Below are positions 8,498-18,302 of a DNA stretch of 64,000 nt, piece by piece (position 1 is the stretch's first letter; every line of letters begins with the position of its first letter). Under the pieces are notes generated by a model. That model was not told the DNA's origin, ran no database searches, and saw only the letters and a program-made list of their open reading frames with translations. The stretch is from assembly GCA_965203485.1 (NCBI GenBank), contig OZ241892.1, forward strand, positions 2,816,001 through 2,880,000, read 5' to 3'. The stretch comes from Longimicrobiales bacterium (GTDB taxonomy: Bacteria > Gemmatimonadota > Gemmatimonadetes > Longimicrobiales > Gaopeijiaceae). Made by a program: the position numbers and the translations under genes.

Positions 8498-10122
8498 GAC
8501 GCGGACGGGCAAGCCACACCGCGGGCGGAGGAGCCGACGCGCGACGGACACGGCGCTGCAATGCCTCGCGGCTCCGCGGCTCCGCTCGCGCGCCCGTGCA
8601 AGTCGTAGAATCCGCCCCGGCGATAGCTCTCGTCGAGGATTTCTACGGGGTGCAGCACTGGAAGGCGGCTGCCGCGCAGGCGAAGCCCCGCTCCTATCTG
8701 CATGATGCAGCCTGGGTTGCCGGTCGCCACAGCCCCGGCGCCGGCCGCCAGCGCCGCGTCCACCTTGTCTCCGCCGATCCATCCGCCCAACTCGGGTTGG
8801 ACAAGTCCATAGATGCCTGCGCCGCCGCAACACTCGGCTGCGTTCCGCAACGGCTCCGCGTCGAGGCCGGGCACCGCCTGCAACAGCGCTTCCGCGCTTC
8901 GGCGCACTCCCTGCGCGTGAAGCAGGTGGCAGGGCTCGTCGCAAGCGACCTTGGCGCGCACGGGCGCTCCCTCGACGGCGCCGCTCCTGGCAAGCAGCTG
9001 CGACACATCCTCGACGCGCGCACCGACGTCCGCCGCAGGCTCGGCGAAGCGGATGTCGCGGGCCAGGATGTCGCCGTACGAAGCCATCGCGGCTCCGCAA
9101 CCGGAGGCGTTCACTCCGATGAATTCCGCGCCCGCCCGCCGGAACGCCGCCACGTTTCGGCGGGCCATGGCGCGGGCGGCGGGCAGGTCGCCGGCATGGG
9201 CGTGCAGGGCTCCGCAACAGCCTTGCCCAGGCGCCGCGACGACATGGTAGCCGTTGGTCTCCAACACCCGCCTGGTGGCCGCGTTGACGCGTCCGAACAG
9301 GCCGCCTTGCACGCATCCGTCGAGCAGCGCCACCGAAAGACGCGGTGCAGCCGTCCCGTCGCGGCGAACGGCTTCGCGGGCCGGCGTCGGACGAGCGGGG
9401 GGCGCCACCGGAGGACGCCGGGCGCCCGTCCCGTCGCGGGCGTGCTCGACCGAGATGGGCGCTGCGGCGCCGCGGCCGGTCCGCGCCCGTCGTCTGCCGG
9501 CCAGCTTCGCGGGCGCGGACGCCGCCAGCATCGCCGCCGCGAACTTCAGCCGACGGGCCGCCCGGGCCTTGACGGGCGCCGCCGCCACCAACGCGGGAAA
9601 CCGCGTTGCGCGGAGCAACCGAGCGCCGGCCATCGCCGGACGCGCCACCCATCCAGTCCCGAACACGCGCAACAGGGCGCGGGTCGCCAACCCCGGGCGC
9701 CTCGCTTCGCGGCCCACGTGGCGAGCCAGCTCCAAGAGATGTCCGTAGGCGACGCCTGCCGGGCAAGCGGGCTCGCAGGCCCTGCATCCGAGGCACCGGC
9801 CGACATGCTCCTGGAAGGCGTCCGAGCCCGCGTCGAGCCGGCCCTCGACCACCGCCTGCATCAGGTAGAGACGTCCTCTCGGCGAGTCGGCCTCGTCGCC
9901 CAGCCGACGGTACGTGGGGCAGGCCGGCAGGCAGAAGCCGCAGTGGACGCAGTTGAGAAGACCCTGGCGTTGATCGTCGAGGGCCTGCTGCAAGCGCGTC
10001 GCGGCCCCGTGGGCAGACCTCTGGTTCGCGCGACCAGGCCCGCCGGGCGGTCCCGAAGTCTGCAAGCACGCCGCGTCGTCGTGGCCGGACGTACGCACCA
10101 ACTCAAGCTCGCCGGGCCGCAA
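8494..10122 (-). CDS. glcF: GlcF-type Fe-S oxidoreductase subunit (start uncertain, 10122 or 10098)
   Basis: CVHCGFCLPACP, CLGCRACEPACP, two CCG domains (GCCGALHAH, ECCGGAG, NPGC). Confidence 0.85.
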   Translation of the reverse strand: MRPGELELVRTSGHDDAACLQTSGPPGGPGRANQRSAHGAATRLQQALDDQRQGLLNCVHCGFCLPACPTYRRLGDEADSPRGRLYLMQAVVEGRLDAGSDAFQEHVGRCLGCRACEPACPAGVAYGHLLELARHVGREARRPGLATRALLRVFGTGWVARPAMAGARLLRATRFPALVAAAPVKARAARRLKFAAAMLAASAPAKLAGRRRARTGRGAAAPISVEHARDGTGARRPPVAPPARPTPAREAVRRDGTAAPRLSVALLDGCVQGGLFGRVNAATRRVLETNGYHVVAAPGQGCCGALHAHAGDLPAARAMARRNVAAFRRAGAEFIGVNASGCGAAMASYGDILARDIRFAEPAADVGARVEDVSQLLARSGAVEGAPVRAKVACDEPCHLLHAQGVRRSAEALLQAVPGLDAEPLRNAAECCGGAGIYGLVQPELGGWIGGDKVDAALAAGAGAVATGNPGCIMQIGAGLRLRGSRLPVLHPVEILDESYRRGGFYDLHGRASGAAEPRGIAAPCPSRVGSSARGVACPSAS

Positions 10123-13100
10123 GCACGCCGCCCGGATCGAAGAGCTCCTTGATGCGATCAGCGAGCGCCGCCCGGCCCTTGGCCTCGCGCGTCCAGCCGA
10201 CCGCGTCGCCGACGGACTGCGGAGCTTGGCTTACCACGAGAGAACCACCCACGGATTCGACGGCGCCGCGGGCGTCGGCCAGCCGCGATGCGGCCGACTG
10301 CGCCGCCTCGGGCAACTCGACGACCTTCACCCTCGCAGTCCCCTGAAGCGCGTGCGCCCGCACCTCGCCGGCCCACGCCGCCGACAGCTCGCGGGCCGCG
10401 CGCAACGTGCGCCCGAGCCGCGACGGCAGGGCCGAAAGCCGCACGACGAGGCTCGCGTCCGCTTCCCATGCGTCCCAACCCTCGGACGGAGTCTGTCTCG
10501 CGAGCCAAGCGGCAAGGCGCGCGTCGGCCTGCCGCCCGGCGCCGGGCGCTTCGCCCGGCCCTCCTCCGCTCAAGACGCGCACGGCCCATGCGGCGTCCCG
10601 GACGACTTCGCCGGCCAAGGCGTCCACCCGCTGGACCGTCTCCTCCGCTTCGGCCCTGCCTCCGGTTATCCGCGCGACCACCACCATCCGGTCGCGCGCG
10701 ACGCCGAACAGTTCCACCGCCGCCAGCGGCAACGGACTCGCGCCCAGACCACCGGCCAGCTCCAGGATCTGCGCGTCGTCGGCGGCCCATGCGACCAGCA
10801 CGTCCGACTCCGGCTTCGGAAAGACGCGAACCGACACGCTGGTCAAGATCGCCAGGCTGCCCCGGCTTCCCGTCGCCAAGCGCACCAGGTCGTAGCCGGC
10901 GACGTTCTTCACCACGCGTCCGCCGAACTTGAGGCGCCGCCCGTCGCCGGTCACCATATCCAAGCCCAGCACGTTGTCGCGCACGCCGCCGTACTTGCCG
11001 GCCATCGGCCCCGGGGCGCCGGTGGCCACGAGTCCTCCGATCGTGCCGCCGAGCGCGCCCGGGGTGTCCAGCGGAAGCCATTGGCCCGAGGCCGACAGCT
11101 TCGAGACCAAGTCGGGAGTCCCCCGTCCCGAGGCAGATGCGTCCATGCCGGATGCACGCGGCGACCTCAGCCTGCGGCCGGCGCCCGCCGTGAGCGTCAG
11201 GTCGGCGGGCTCGTAGCTCTCCAGCCGGTCGAGGCGCGCCGTCGAAAGCACAATCCGTGCCTCGCGCACCCGACTGCCGGGCGCAAGCCAGCTCCCCCGC
11301 CCCGCTGGCAGGACGGAGGCTCCCGTTTCGTTGGCCGCCTCGACCAATGCCTGCACTTCGTCCGCCGAGCGCGGGAAGAAGACGGCGTCGGCGACCACCC
11401 CCGGGGCCCACGAGCGCGCCGGCGCGCCGACCAGCGCCTCTAGCGGACCCGCGTACGCCTCCCCGGCAGAGGCTTCCGGCGGGCGCCGCGCGTCGCCTCC
11501 GCAGACGACGTCTTTTCCGGCGCCGAACCCAGCCAGCCGAAGAGTTTCCGCAACCGCGCCGGGCAGGCGGCTCGCGAAGCGGGCGGCGGCTCGCCCTCCG
11601 GGGGCATCGGGCGATCCGTCTCCCCCGCCGATCTCCGCCTCGCGGCGGGCCGCGGCTCGCCCATCCTCGACATCGGTGGGCCCCCGCTTCGCGACCGGCG
11701 CTTCCCAGTCGGCCGGCGGGGCGCCCGGCAACACTTTGCCGGGATTGAAGACCCCGTTCGGATCGAAGGCTCGCCGCAGGCCCCACATGACGCGCATCTC
11801 GTCGGGACCGTAGACGAGCGGCATGTACGACTTCTTGTCGATCCCGATGCCGTGCTCGCCCGTGATCGTGCCGCCGGCGTCCACGCAGACCCGCATGATC
11901 TCGGCCGACGCCTTTTCGACGCGGGCCATCTCGGCGGCGTCGGAGCGGTCGAAGAGGATGTTGGGGTGGAGGTTGCCGTCGCCCGCGTGAAAGACGTTGG
12001 CCACCACAAGCTCGGCCTCCCGGGAGATATCGGAGATCCTGCCCAGCACTGCGGGGAGCGCGCTGCGGGGCACCGTCGCGTCCTGCACGAGCAGATCGGG
12101 AGCGATGCGGCCCATCGCGCCGAAAGCCTTCTTGCGGCCCTGCCACAAAGCCGCCCGGTCCGCTTCTTCGCGAGCATCCCTGACTTCCGCGGCGCCGGCC
12201 TCTTCGCAACACCGCCGCGCGCGCGAGGCCTCGTCGTCGAGCCCAGCCTCCAGACCGTCGAACTCCACCACCAGGGCGGCCTCGGCGTCCCTCGGATAGC
12301 CGGCGGCGAAGACGCTGTCCTCGACTGCGCGGATCGTTGGCCCGTCGATGATCTCCATCGCCGCGGGCAGGAGTCCGGCGCCCACGATCGCCGACACCGC
12401 GCGGCCGGCGTCCTCCAGGCGGTCGAATATGGCGAGCAGCGTCCGCACGGCTTCGGGCGTCGGCACGAGCCCGACCTCGATCTCCGCCGCGACGCCGAAG
12501 CACCCTTCCGAGCCGACGAAGAGCCCGGCCAGGTCGTATCCGCCCGTCTCCCTGCCCCGTCCGCCCAGCTGCACGAGCGATCCGTCGCCCAGCACCACGG
12601 CCAAGCCGGTCACGTAGCGCGAGGTCACGCCGTACTTGAGGCAGTGCGGGCCGCCGGAGTTCTCCGCCACGTTGCCGCCGACCGTGCAGGCGGACTGCGA
12701 CGAGGGGTCCGGCGCGTAGTGGAGGCCGTGGGGAGCCGCCGCGGCCGACAGCTCCGCGTTGATCGCGCCCGGTTGCAGGCGCATCCGGCGGTTCGCGGGA
12801 TCCACCTCCAGGATGCGGTTCATGCGCGCCGTGCCGACCACGACTTCGCCGCCGACGGCCACGGCGCCGCCCGAGAGCCCGGTGCCCGCCCCTCGCGGCA
12901 CGATGGCGAGGCCACGAGCCGACAGCGCCCTGACCGAGGCGCGGAGCTCGTCCGTGCTGCGCGGGAGCACGACCGCGCTGGGGCGGTGGCGGTAGGCGGT
13001 CAGCCCGTCCGACTCGTAGGCGAGCAACCGGTCGCGCTCGGCGATCACTCCGTCCCGGCCGCAGATGCCGGAGAGCTCGGCCAGCAAGCGGGCCGAAACC

Positions 13101-13177
13101 GCGCCGGCCGTCACGGGCGGCGACGATTGCGGACGCGTCCCGCGCGAACGGAGCTTCGACGCACCGGGCGGAGTCAT
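10103..13177 (-). CDS. glcD: GlcD-GlcE fusion FAD-linked oxidase
   Basis: First half PRGAGTGLSGG, PDPSS, GGPHCLKYG, HAGDGNLHP, GEHGIG; second half GlcE-like YEPADLT, GGRVVKNVAGYDL, FDPGGVL; single 1024-aa frame. Confidence 0.85.
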   Translation of the reverse strand: MTPPGASKLRSRGTRPQSSPPVTAGAVSARLLAELSGICGRDGVIAERDRLLAYESDGLTAYRHRPSAVVLPRSTDELRASVRALSARGLAIVPRGAGTGLSGGAVAVGGEVVVGTARMNRILEVDPANRRMRLQPGAINAELSAAAAPHGLHYAPDPSSQSACTVGGNVAENSGGPHCLKYGVTSRYVTGLAVVLGDGSLVQLGGRGRETGGYDLAGLFVGSEGCFGVAAEIEVGLVPTPEAVRTLLAIFDRLEDAGRAVSAIVGAGLLPAAMEIIDGPTIRAVEDSVFAAGYPRDAEAALVVEFDGLEAGLDDEASRARRCCEEAGAAEVRDAREEADRAALWQGRKKAFGAMGRIAPDLLVQDATVPRSALPAVLGRISDISREAELVVANVFHAGDGNLHPNILFDRSDAAEMARVEKASAEIMRVCVDAGGTITGEHGIGIDKKSYMPLVYGPDEMRVMWGLRRAFDPNGVFNPGKVLPGAPPADWEAPVAKRGPTDVEDGRAAARREAEIGGGDGSPDAPGGRAAARFASRLPGAVAETLRLAGFGAGKDVVCGGDARRPPEASAGEAYAGPLEALVGAPARSWAPGVVADAVFFPRSADEVQALVEAANETGASVLPAGRGSWLAPGSRVREARIVLSTARLDRLESYEPADLTLTAGAGRRLRSPRASGMDASASGRGTPDLVSKLSASGQWLPLDTPGALGGTIGGLVATGAPGPMAGKYGGVRDNVLGLDMVTGDGRRLKFGGRVVKNVAGYDLVRLATGSRGSLAILTSVSVRVFPKPESDVLVAWAADDAQILELAGGLGASPLPLAAVELFGVARDRMVVVARITGGRAEAEETVQRVDALAGEVVRDAAWAVRVLSGGGPGEAPGAGRQADARLAAWLARQTPSEGWDAWEADASLVVRLSALPSRLGRTLRAARELSAAWAGEVRAHALQGTARVKVVELPEAAQSAASRLADARGAVESVGGSLVVSQAPQSVGDAVGWTREAKGRAALADRIKELFDPGGVLAARRA

Positions 13178-13187
13178 CCGGCAGAAC

Positions 13188-14003
13188 CTATTCGGCGGTT
13201 GCGATGTGGTCCAGAATGGCCTGCACCGTCTTGCAGGCCATCGCGAACACGTCCTCCGGCAACTCGCCGTAGACGCGAGCGGCCAACCCCTCGGGATCGG
13301 CGCCGGCGCCGGCGCCCAGCGCCCGGCGGACCTGCTCGATTCGCTCCAGCCTGTGCCGCCGAAAGCGCGCCACCGCCTCCGCCGGACGGTAGACGGGCCC
13401 GCCGTGTCCCGGAAGCAGGACCCGCGGCGCGAGCGCTTCCAAGCGGTTCAGCGACTCCAAGTAGTCGGACACGGCGCCGGGATACTCGCCGATCCATGTG
13501 GTGTCGCCCTCGCCCAGCACGAGATCGCCCGTGAAGACGACGCCCGTCCCTTGGAGATGGAAGCAGAAGTGGCGTTCGGCGTGGCCGGGCGTGGAGACGG
13601 CGACGAGGGCTCCCGCGCTGGTCTCGAAGACGTCGCCGTCCGCCAGCGGCGCGCTCCCCCCGGGGCCGATCACGCGCACCCCTCCCAGCAACCGGGCCAG
13701 CGCGGAGGCTCCGGCGGCGTGGTCGGCGTGGGCGTGCGTAAGCAGGATCACGACCTGCCGCGAACCCTCCGCGGCGGCGGCGGGCCGGTGCGGTGCAGGG
13801 CCGGCGGGAGACGGAAGCGGGCCCGCGGCCTGCCGAGGTCCGGATGCGGCGCGGGCGAGAGCGGCGACGTGCGCGTCGGCGGCAGGTCCGGGATCGACCA
13901 CCGCCGCGGCGCCGCCCTCGCCGACGACGTAGCTCCGCGTGCCGTCGAAGGTGAAGGGCCCCGGGTTCGGGGCGAGGACGGAGCGGACGCCGGGGACGCT
14001 CAT
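13188..14003 (-). CDS. MBL-fold metallo-hydrolase (LACTB2-like)
   Basis: LAPNPGPFTFDGT, THAHADH, TPGH, FTGD, PGHG. Confidence 0.85.
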   Translation of the reverse strand: MSVPGVRSVLAPNPGPFTFDGTRSYVVGEGGAAAVVDPGPAADAHVAALARAASGPRQAAGPLPSPAGPAPHRPAAAAEGSRQVVILLTHAHADHAAGASALARLLGGVRVIGPGGSAPLADGDVFETSAGALVAVSTPGHAERHFCFHLQGTGVVFTGDLVLGEGDTTWIGEYPGAVSDYLESLNRLEALAPRVLLPGHGGPVYRPAEAVARFRRHRLERIEQVRRALGAGAGADPEGLAARVYGELPEDVFAMACKTVQAILDHIATAE

Positions 14004-14048
14004 GCGCAGACTCGTCGCGTCCCCCGGCCACGCGGTCCGCCCGGCCGG

Positions 14049-14519
14049 TCAGCGCCGTTCGTTCGCGATCTGCTCGGCCAGCTTGTCGGCGACCATCTGC
14101 ACGGCCACCTCGTCCTGGTCGGTGAAGGCCGCCTCTTGGTGCGAATCGATGTCGATCTGCCCGAAGATGTCCGCGCCGGCCCGGACCAGCACCACCAGCT
14201 CGGACTTCACGTCGGGGCTGCAGGCCAAGTAGCCGTCGAAAGCGCCCACGTCCGGCACGTTGATGTTGGCGCCCTGGGCGACCGCAGTCCCGCAGACCCC
14301 CTGCCCCACCGGAATCTTGACGTGCTCCGTGCCCGCGCCGACGTAGTTGTGCAACCACAACTCGGACGCCCCGTGGTCGAGCAGATACGCCCCGACCCAG
14401 TCGAAGCGCTCGTCGCCGCGGTGAAGCGACCGCACCGTGTGGCGGAGGAGAGCGTCCGAGAGGTGCCCTTCCTCCCTCATGCTCTGGAGCTCTCCGATCA
14501 GCAAGCGCGCGTCTACCAT
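14049..14519 (-). CDS. GAF-domain protein, free methionine-R-sulfoxide reductase-like
   Basis: WVGAY, GQGVCGTA, VPDV...YLAC...SELVV, IDIDS. Confidence 0.75.
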   Translation of the reverse strand: MVDARLLIGELQSMREEGHLSDALLRHTVRSLHRGDERFDWVGAYLLDHGASELWLHNYVGAGTEHVKIPVGQGVCGTAVAQGANINVPDVGAFDGYLACSPDVKSELVVLVRAGADIFGQIDIDSHQEAAFTDQDEVAVQMVADKLAEQIANERR

Positions 14520-14625
14520 GGACGGAATATAAGCAAGGGCGGAAATCGCCGGGGAGCACTCCGGCGCGCGCGCCAGGCGCCGTCGGCTTCCTGGGCGAAC
14601 CGCGCGCCTGCCGGGGATTCCCGCG

Positions 14626-15693
14626 TCACCGGCGCGCGAAGTCCGTCGCCCCGTCCATGCGTTCGACGAAGGCTGCCAGCAGGCGCGCCGCGTGGAACAG
14701 GTCGGAGGTGGCAACCACTTCGCTGGGCGAGTGCATGTAGCGGTTGGGCACGGAGACCAGTCCGGTCGGGATGCCGCCGCGCACCGAGTGGATGGCGTCC
14801 GCGTCGGTGCTGGTCCGCAACGGCGCAGCTTGGATCGTGTAGGGGATCTCGAGGCTGTCGGCGGTCTCGGCGAGCGCCTCGAAGACGGCTGGATGCGCAG
14901 CCGAACCCCGCGTCAAGACGGGACCGCTGCCCAGGGGGTGGTCTCCCACCTTGCTCTCCTCGGCGTCGGGAACGTCGGTCGCGTGCGTCACGTCCACGAC
15001 CAGGGCCGCGTCGGGCGCGATCTCGAACGCGCTCGGCCGGGCTCCGCCGCCGGAGTAGCCGATCTCCTCCTGCGAAGTGGCCACCGCCACCGCGCCCGCA
15101 ACGCCGTTCCCCTGCCCGATCAGCCGCAACGCTTCCAGAACCACGAAGGCGCCGACCCGGTTGTCCACGGCCCGGCTCGCCAAGCGGTCGCCCGCCAAGT
15201 GCACTACTCCGTGGTCGAGCACGGCCGGATCGCCAACCCGAATCCCCAGCTTGCGAATCTCCTTCAGCGACGACGCTCCCACGTCGATCCACAGCTTCTT
15301 CACTTGCGCCACCTTCTTGCGCTCCTCGGCTTCCATGAGGTGGACCGCCTTGCGACCGATCACGCCGAGCACGTCGCCCGCCGCCGTCAGGATTCTCGCT
15401 CGCTGGCCGACCAGCACCTGGGGGTCCCAGCCGCCGATCGTCCCGAAGTAGAGCAGCCCCGATTCGTCCGCGTGCGTGACTTGCAGCCCGATCTCGTCGA
15501 TGTGGCCGGCGAGCAGCGCCAACGGCCGGGCGTCGCGCCGCACCGCCGCGCAGGAGTTGCCCGCCACGTCGGACCACACGTCGTCCGCGAAGCCCTTCGC
15601 CTCGTCTCGCCACACCCGCGCCGGCCGAGTCTCGAAGCCGGACGGCCCCGGCTCCACCAGAAGGCGCTCCAGAAACGGCAACCCGCCGCTCAC
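14626..15693 (-). CDS. M42 family aminopeptidase
   Basis: GPSGFE, GHIDEIG, GGWDP, DNRVG, QEEIG, DVTHATD, RYMHSP. Confidence 0.9.
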   Translation of the reverse strand: MSGGLPFLERLLVEPGPSGFETRPARVWRDEAKGFADDVWSDVAGNSCAAVRRDARPLALLAGHIDEIGLQVTHADESGLLYFGTIGGWDPQVLVGQRARILTAAGDVLGVIGRKAVHLMEAEERKKVAQVKKLWIDVGASSLKEIRKLGIRVGDPAVLDHGVVHLAGDRLASRAVDNRVGAFVVLEALRLIGQGNGVAGAVAVATSQEEIGYSGGGARPSAFEIAPDAALVVDVTHATDVPDAEESKVGDHPLGSGPVLTRGSAAHPAVFEALAETADSLEIPYTIQAAPLRTSTDADAIHSVRGGIPTGLVSVPNRYMHSPSEVVATSDLFHAARLLAAFVERMDGATDFARR

Positions 15694-15763
15694 GGCCCAC
15701 CCCGTGCCGGCCCGACGCCTTGGCGGCCCGGTTCGCGGCCGCGTTCGACGAAGGCCCAGCCGC

Positions 15764-16222
15764 TCACCGTTCGCCGCCGTTCGGCCGAGTCCCGACGTCG
15801 GCGGTGCCCGTCCGGGTCGCGCCCCGTGGGCCGAACACGCTGAACTGGACTTCGCCCGCGCTCACGCGCGACTCGAGGGCCCGCCGAATGCGAGACCGCA
15901 ACCAGCCGCGCGAAACCGGCAAGACCAGGCCGAAGCCCGCCACGTCCGTCAAGATGCCCGGCGTAAGCAGCAAGGCGCCGCCCAAGAGCACGGCCAAGCC
16001 GTCGAGCAGCGCCCCTCCCGGCAACTCGCCGGCCGCCATCTGTTCCTGCACGGCCCCAAGCGCGCGCAGTCCCTGTTGGCGAGCCAGCGCGGCGCCGCCG
16101 ATTCCCGTCGCCACCACGAGCGCGATCGTGGGCGCGAGCCCGACGCGCTGCCCGACTTGGAGGAGCAGGGCCAGCTCCACGAGAGGCACGATCACGAAGA
16201 TCAACATGAGCCGGCTCAGCAT
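15764..16222 (-). CDS. fxsA: FxsA family membrane protein
   Basis: IFVIVPLVELALL...GGALLLTPGILTD; strong GGAGGAGG RBS. Confidence 0.85.
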   Translation of the reverse strand: MLSRLMLIFVIVPLVELALLLQVGQRVGLAPTIALVVATGIGGAALARQQGLRALGAVQEQMAAGELPGGALLDGLAVLLGGALLLTPGILTDVAGFGLVLPVSRGWLRSRIRRALESRVSAGEVQFSVFGPRGATRTGTADVGTRPNGGER

Positions 16223-16551
16223 TTCATTCATCCTCCTCCAAAGCGAGAAAGGCGGCCGTTCGCCCTGGACGGCCGCGAAGCCCCGCCCCAGCGCATTCCT
16301 CCGAGTGCGCGAACGGCCGACTTGGACACGCACCTCCAAGAACGGCGAGAGGCCCCGTCTCCGAGCGCACGGAAGACCGCCGGGCGACGCGCCGTTCGAA
16401 AGATACCCGTTTCGGCTCCGATCTTGTATGTTGCCTGCAAGGCGAACCGCGGCGGTCGCGGGCGCGTCGCTTTGCGGGCCCGGACCGCGCACGTCGGTCG
16501 GCGACGCTTGCGGGAGCGGCGGCGCGGAGGCCGAGGGAGGGGACCGGCCGA

Positions 16552-16977
16552 ATGTCCGGCAACGCCAAGCCAGCTCGGGCGTGGCTCGTCTACGACGGCG
16601 AGTGCCCGCTCTGCAATCGCTATGCTCGCTACGCGGACGTGAGGCGGGCGGTCGGCGACCTCGTTCTCGTGGACGCCCGCCGGGGCGGACCCTTGGTCGC
16701 CCAACTCAAGGAGTCCTTCGACTTGGACAACGGAATGGTGCTCAAGCTCGACAATCGGTGCTACTACGGGCCGGAAGCGCTGCGGATGCTGGCGCGGCTC
16801 TCCGGCGGGCAGGGCGCGTTCAGCAGGCTCAACCGGCTCCTCTTTCGGGATCGAACCGGGGCGCGCTTGGGCTATCCGCTGCTCAAGCTGGGACGGCGGG
16901 CGCTCCTGGGCCTGCGCGGCGTCGGCCCGATTCCCTCGTCCAGCCCGATTCCCTCGTCCAGCGAGCGGGGACGATGA
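16552..16977 (+). CDS. DCC (DUF393) thiol-disulfide oxidoreductase-like protein
   Basis: N-terminal VYDGECPLC (DxxCxxC); RBS GGAGGGG; ATGA overlap with ispH. Confidence 0.8.
   Translation: MSGNAKPARAWLVYDGECPLCNRYARYADVRRAVGDLVLVDARRGGPLVAQLKESFDLDNGMVLKLDNRCYYGPEALRMLARLSGGQGAFSRLNRLLFRDRTGARLGYPLLKLGRRALLGLRGVGPIPSSSPIPSSSERGR
16925..16962. repeat. Perfect 18-bp tandem duplication at the DCC 3' end
   Basis: GCCCGATTCCCTCGTCCA twice, giving PIPSSS x2. Confidence 0.9.
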
Positions 16978-18233
16978 GTTCCGGGACTGCGGCCCCCGCG
17001 GCCAAGCTCAGGACGGTCGGCGCCGGGCCCAGGTACTTCCGCAAGGGCTTCGGACTCAAGACCGAGGTCAAGCCGCTCATCGACGCCGAGTACCAGTCCG
17101 CGCTCGTGGAAAGACTCCGGTCGAGGGGATACGAGGACCAGTTCGGCGACGTCGCCGTCCGGCTGGCCAAGGAGTTCGGCTTCTGCTACGGCGTGGACCG
17201 GGCCGTGGACTACGCGTACGAGACGAGGCACAAGTTTCCCGAGAAGCGGGTCTATCTCGTCGGAGAGATCATCCACAATCCGCACGTGAACCACCGCCTC
17301 GAGGAGAAGGGCATCGAGTTCATCTACCCTGAGCCCGGGCGGGGCTTCGACTTCCGCCACGTGACCGAGCATGACGTGGTCATCATTCCCGCGTTCGGGG
17401 TGACTACCCACGACATGGACTCGCTCAAGGCGACCGGTTGCGTCTTGGTGGACACGACGTGCGGATCGGTGCTGCTCGTGTGGAAGCGCGTGGCGACCTA
17501 TGCGCGCGACGGATTCACCGCCGTCATCCACGGCAAGCACCGGCACGAGGAATCACGTGCCACGGCCAGCCAAGTGCACCGGCACCCAGGCGGCCGGTAT
17601 CTCGTGATTCGGGACATGGCCGAAGCCGAGCTGGTGGGCGAATACATGACGGGGCGTGACGGGGGCTTGAGCCGCGAAGACTTCCTGGGACGGTTTCGCG
17701 ATCGCTCGTCGGCGGACTTCGACCCGGACAAGGACCTGCGGAAGATCGGCGTGGCAAACCAGACCACCATGCTGGCGACCGAATCGCTGGCGATCGGCGC
17801 CCGCCTGCGCGAAATGATGGCCGAGACCTTCGGCGAAGATCACGCGGCCGCGCACTTCCGCTCGTTCGGCACCATCTGTTCTGCCACCCAGGAGCGTCAG
17901 GACGCGGTGATCGAGATGATGCAAGATCCGCCCGACGTGATGATCGTGCTCGGCGGCTACAACTCGTCCAACACCAATCACTTGGCGCAACTCTGTCGCC
18001 GCTACACGACAACTTTCCACATCGCGGACGCCGACTGCATCGACACGGAGACCGGCCGCATCCGCCACAAGCCCGTCCTTGCCGCCGAGGCGCCCGAGGT
18101 GGTGGACGAGGACTGGCTGCCCGCGGGCCCGTTCGAGCTGGGTCTGACCGCCGGCGCCTCGTCCCCCAACAACAAGATCGGCGAGGCGCTGCTGCGCGTG
18201 CTGGCGGTTCGAAACGTGGAGGTGGAGCTGTAG
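16974..18233 (+). CDS. ispH: 4-hydroxy-3-methylbut-2-enyl diphosphate reductase
   Basis: FGFCYGVDRA, IIHNP, DTTC, ANQTTM, TICSATQERQ, SSNT, TAGAS. Confidence 0.92.
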   Translation: MSSGTAAPAAKLRTVGAGPRYFRKGFGLKTEVKPLIDAEYQSALVERLRSRGYEDQFGDVAVRLAKEFGFCYGVDRAVDYAYETRHKFPEKRVYLVGEIIHNPHVNHRLEEKGIEFIYPEPGRGFDFRHVTEHDVVIIPAFGVTTHDMDSLKATGCVLVDTTCGSVLLVWKRVATYARDGFTAVIHGKHRHEESRATASQVHRHPGGRYLVIRDMAEAELVGEYMTGRDGGLSREDFLGRFRDRSSADFDPDKDLRKIGVANQTTMLATESLAIGARLREMMAETFGEDHAAAHFRSFGTICSATQERQDAVIEMMQDPPDVMIVLGGYNSSNTNHLAQLCRRYTTTFHIADADCIDTETGRIRHKPVLAAEAPEVVDEDWLPAGPFELGLTAGASSPNNKIGEALLRVLAVRNVEVEL

Positions 18234-18302
18234 GTTCGGGGCGGCTTCCCCGATTCGTACGCGGCGAGCAGCGACGGAGGTCTCGGCGCGAGGGCCGGCG
18301 TC

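Noticed and set aside
7280..10069. Apparent 929-aa M20 fusion
   Set aside because: The upstream part is an off-frame shadow of glcF; the real start is the GTG at 8497
15720..18233. Apparent 837-aa IspH
   Set aside because: The N-terminal half overlaps fxsA and the DCC gene; IspH starts at 16974
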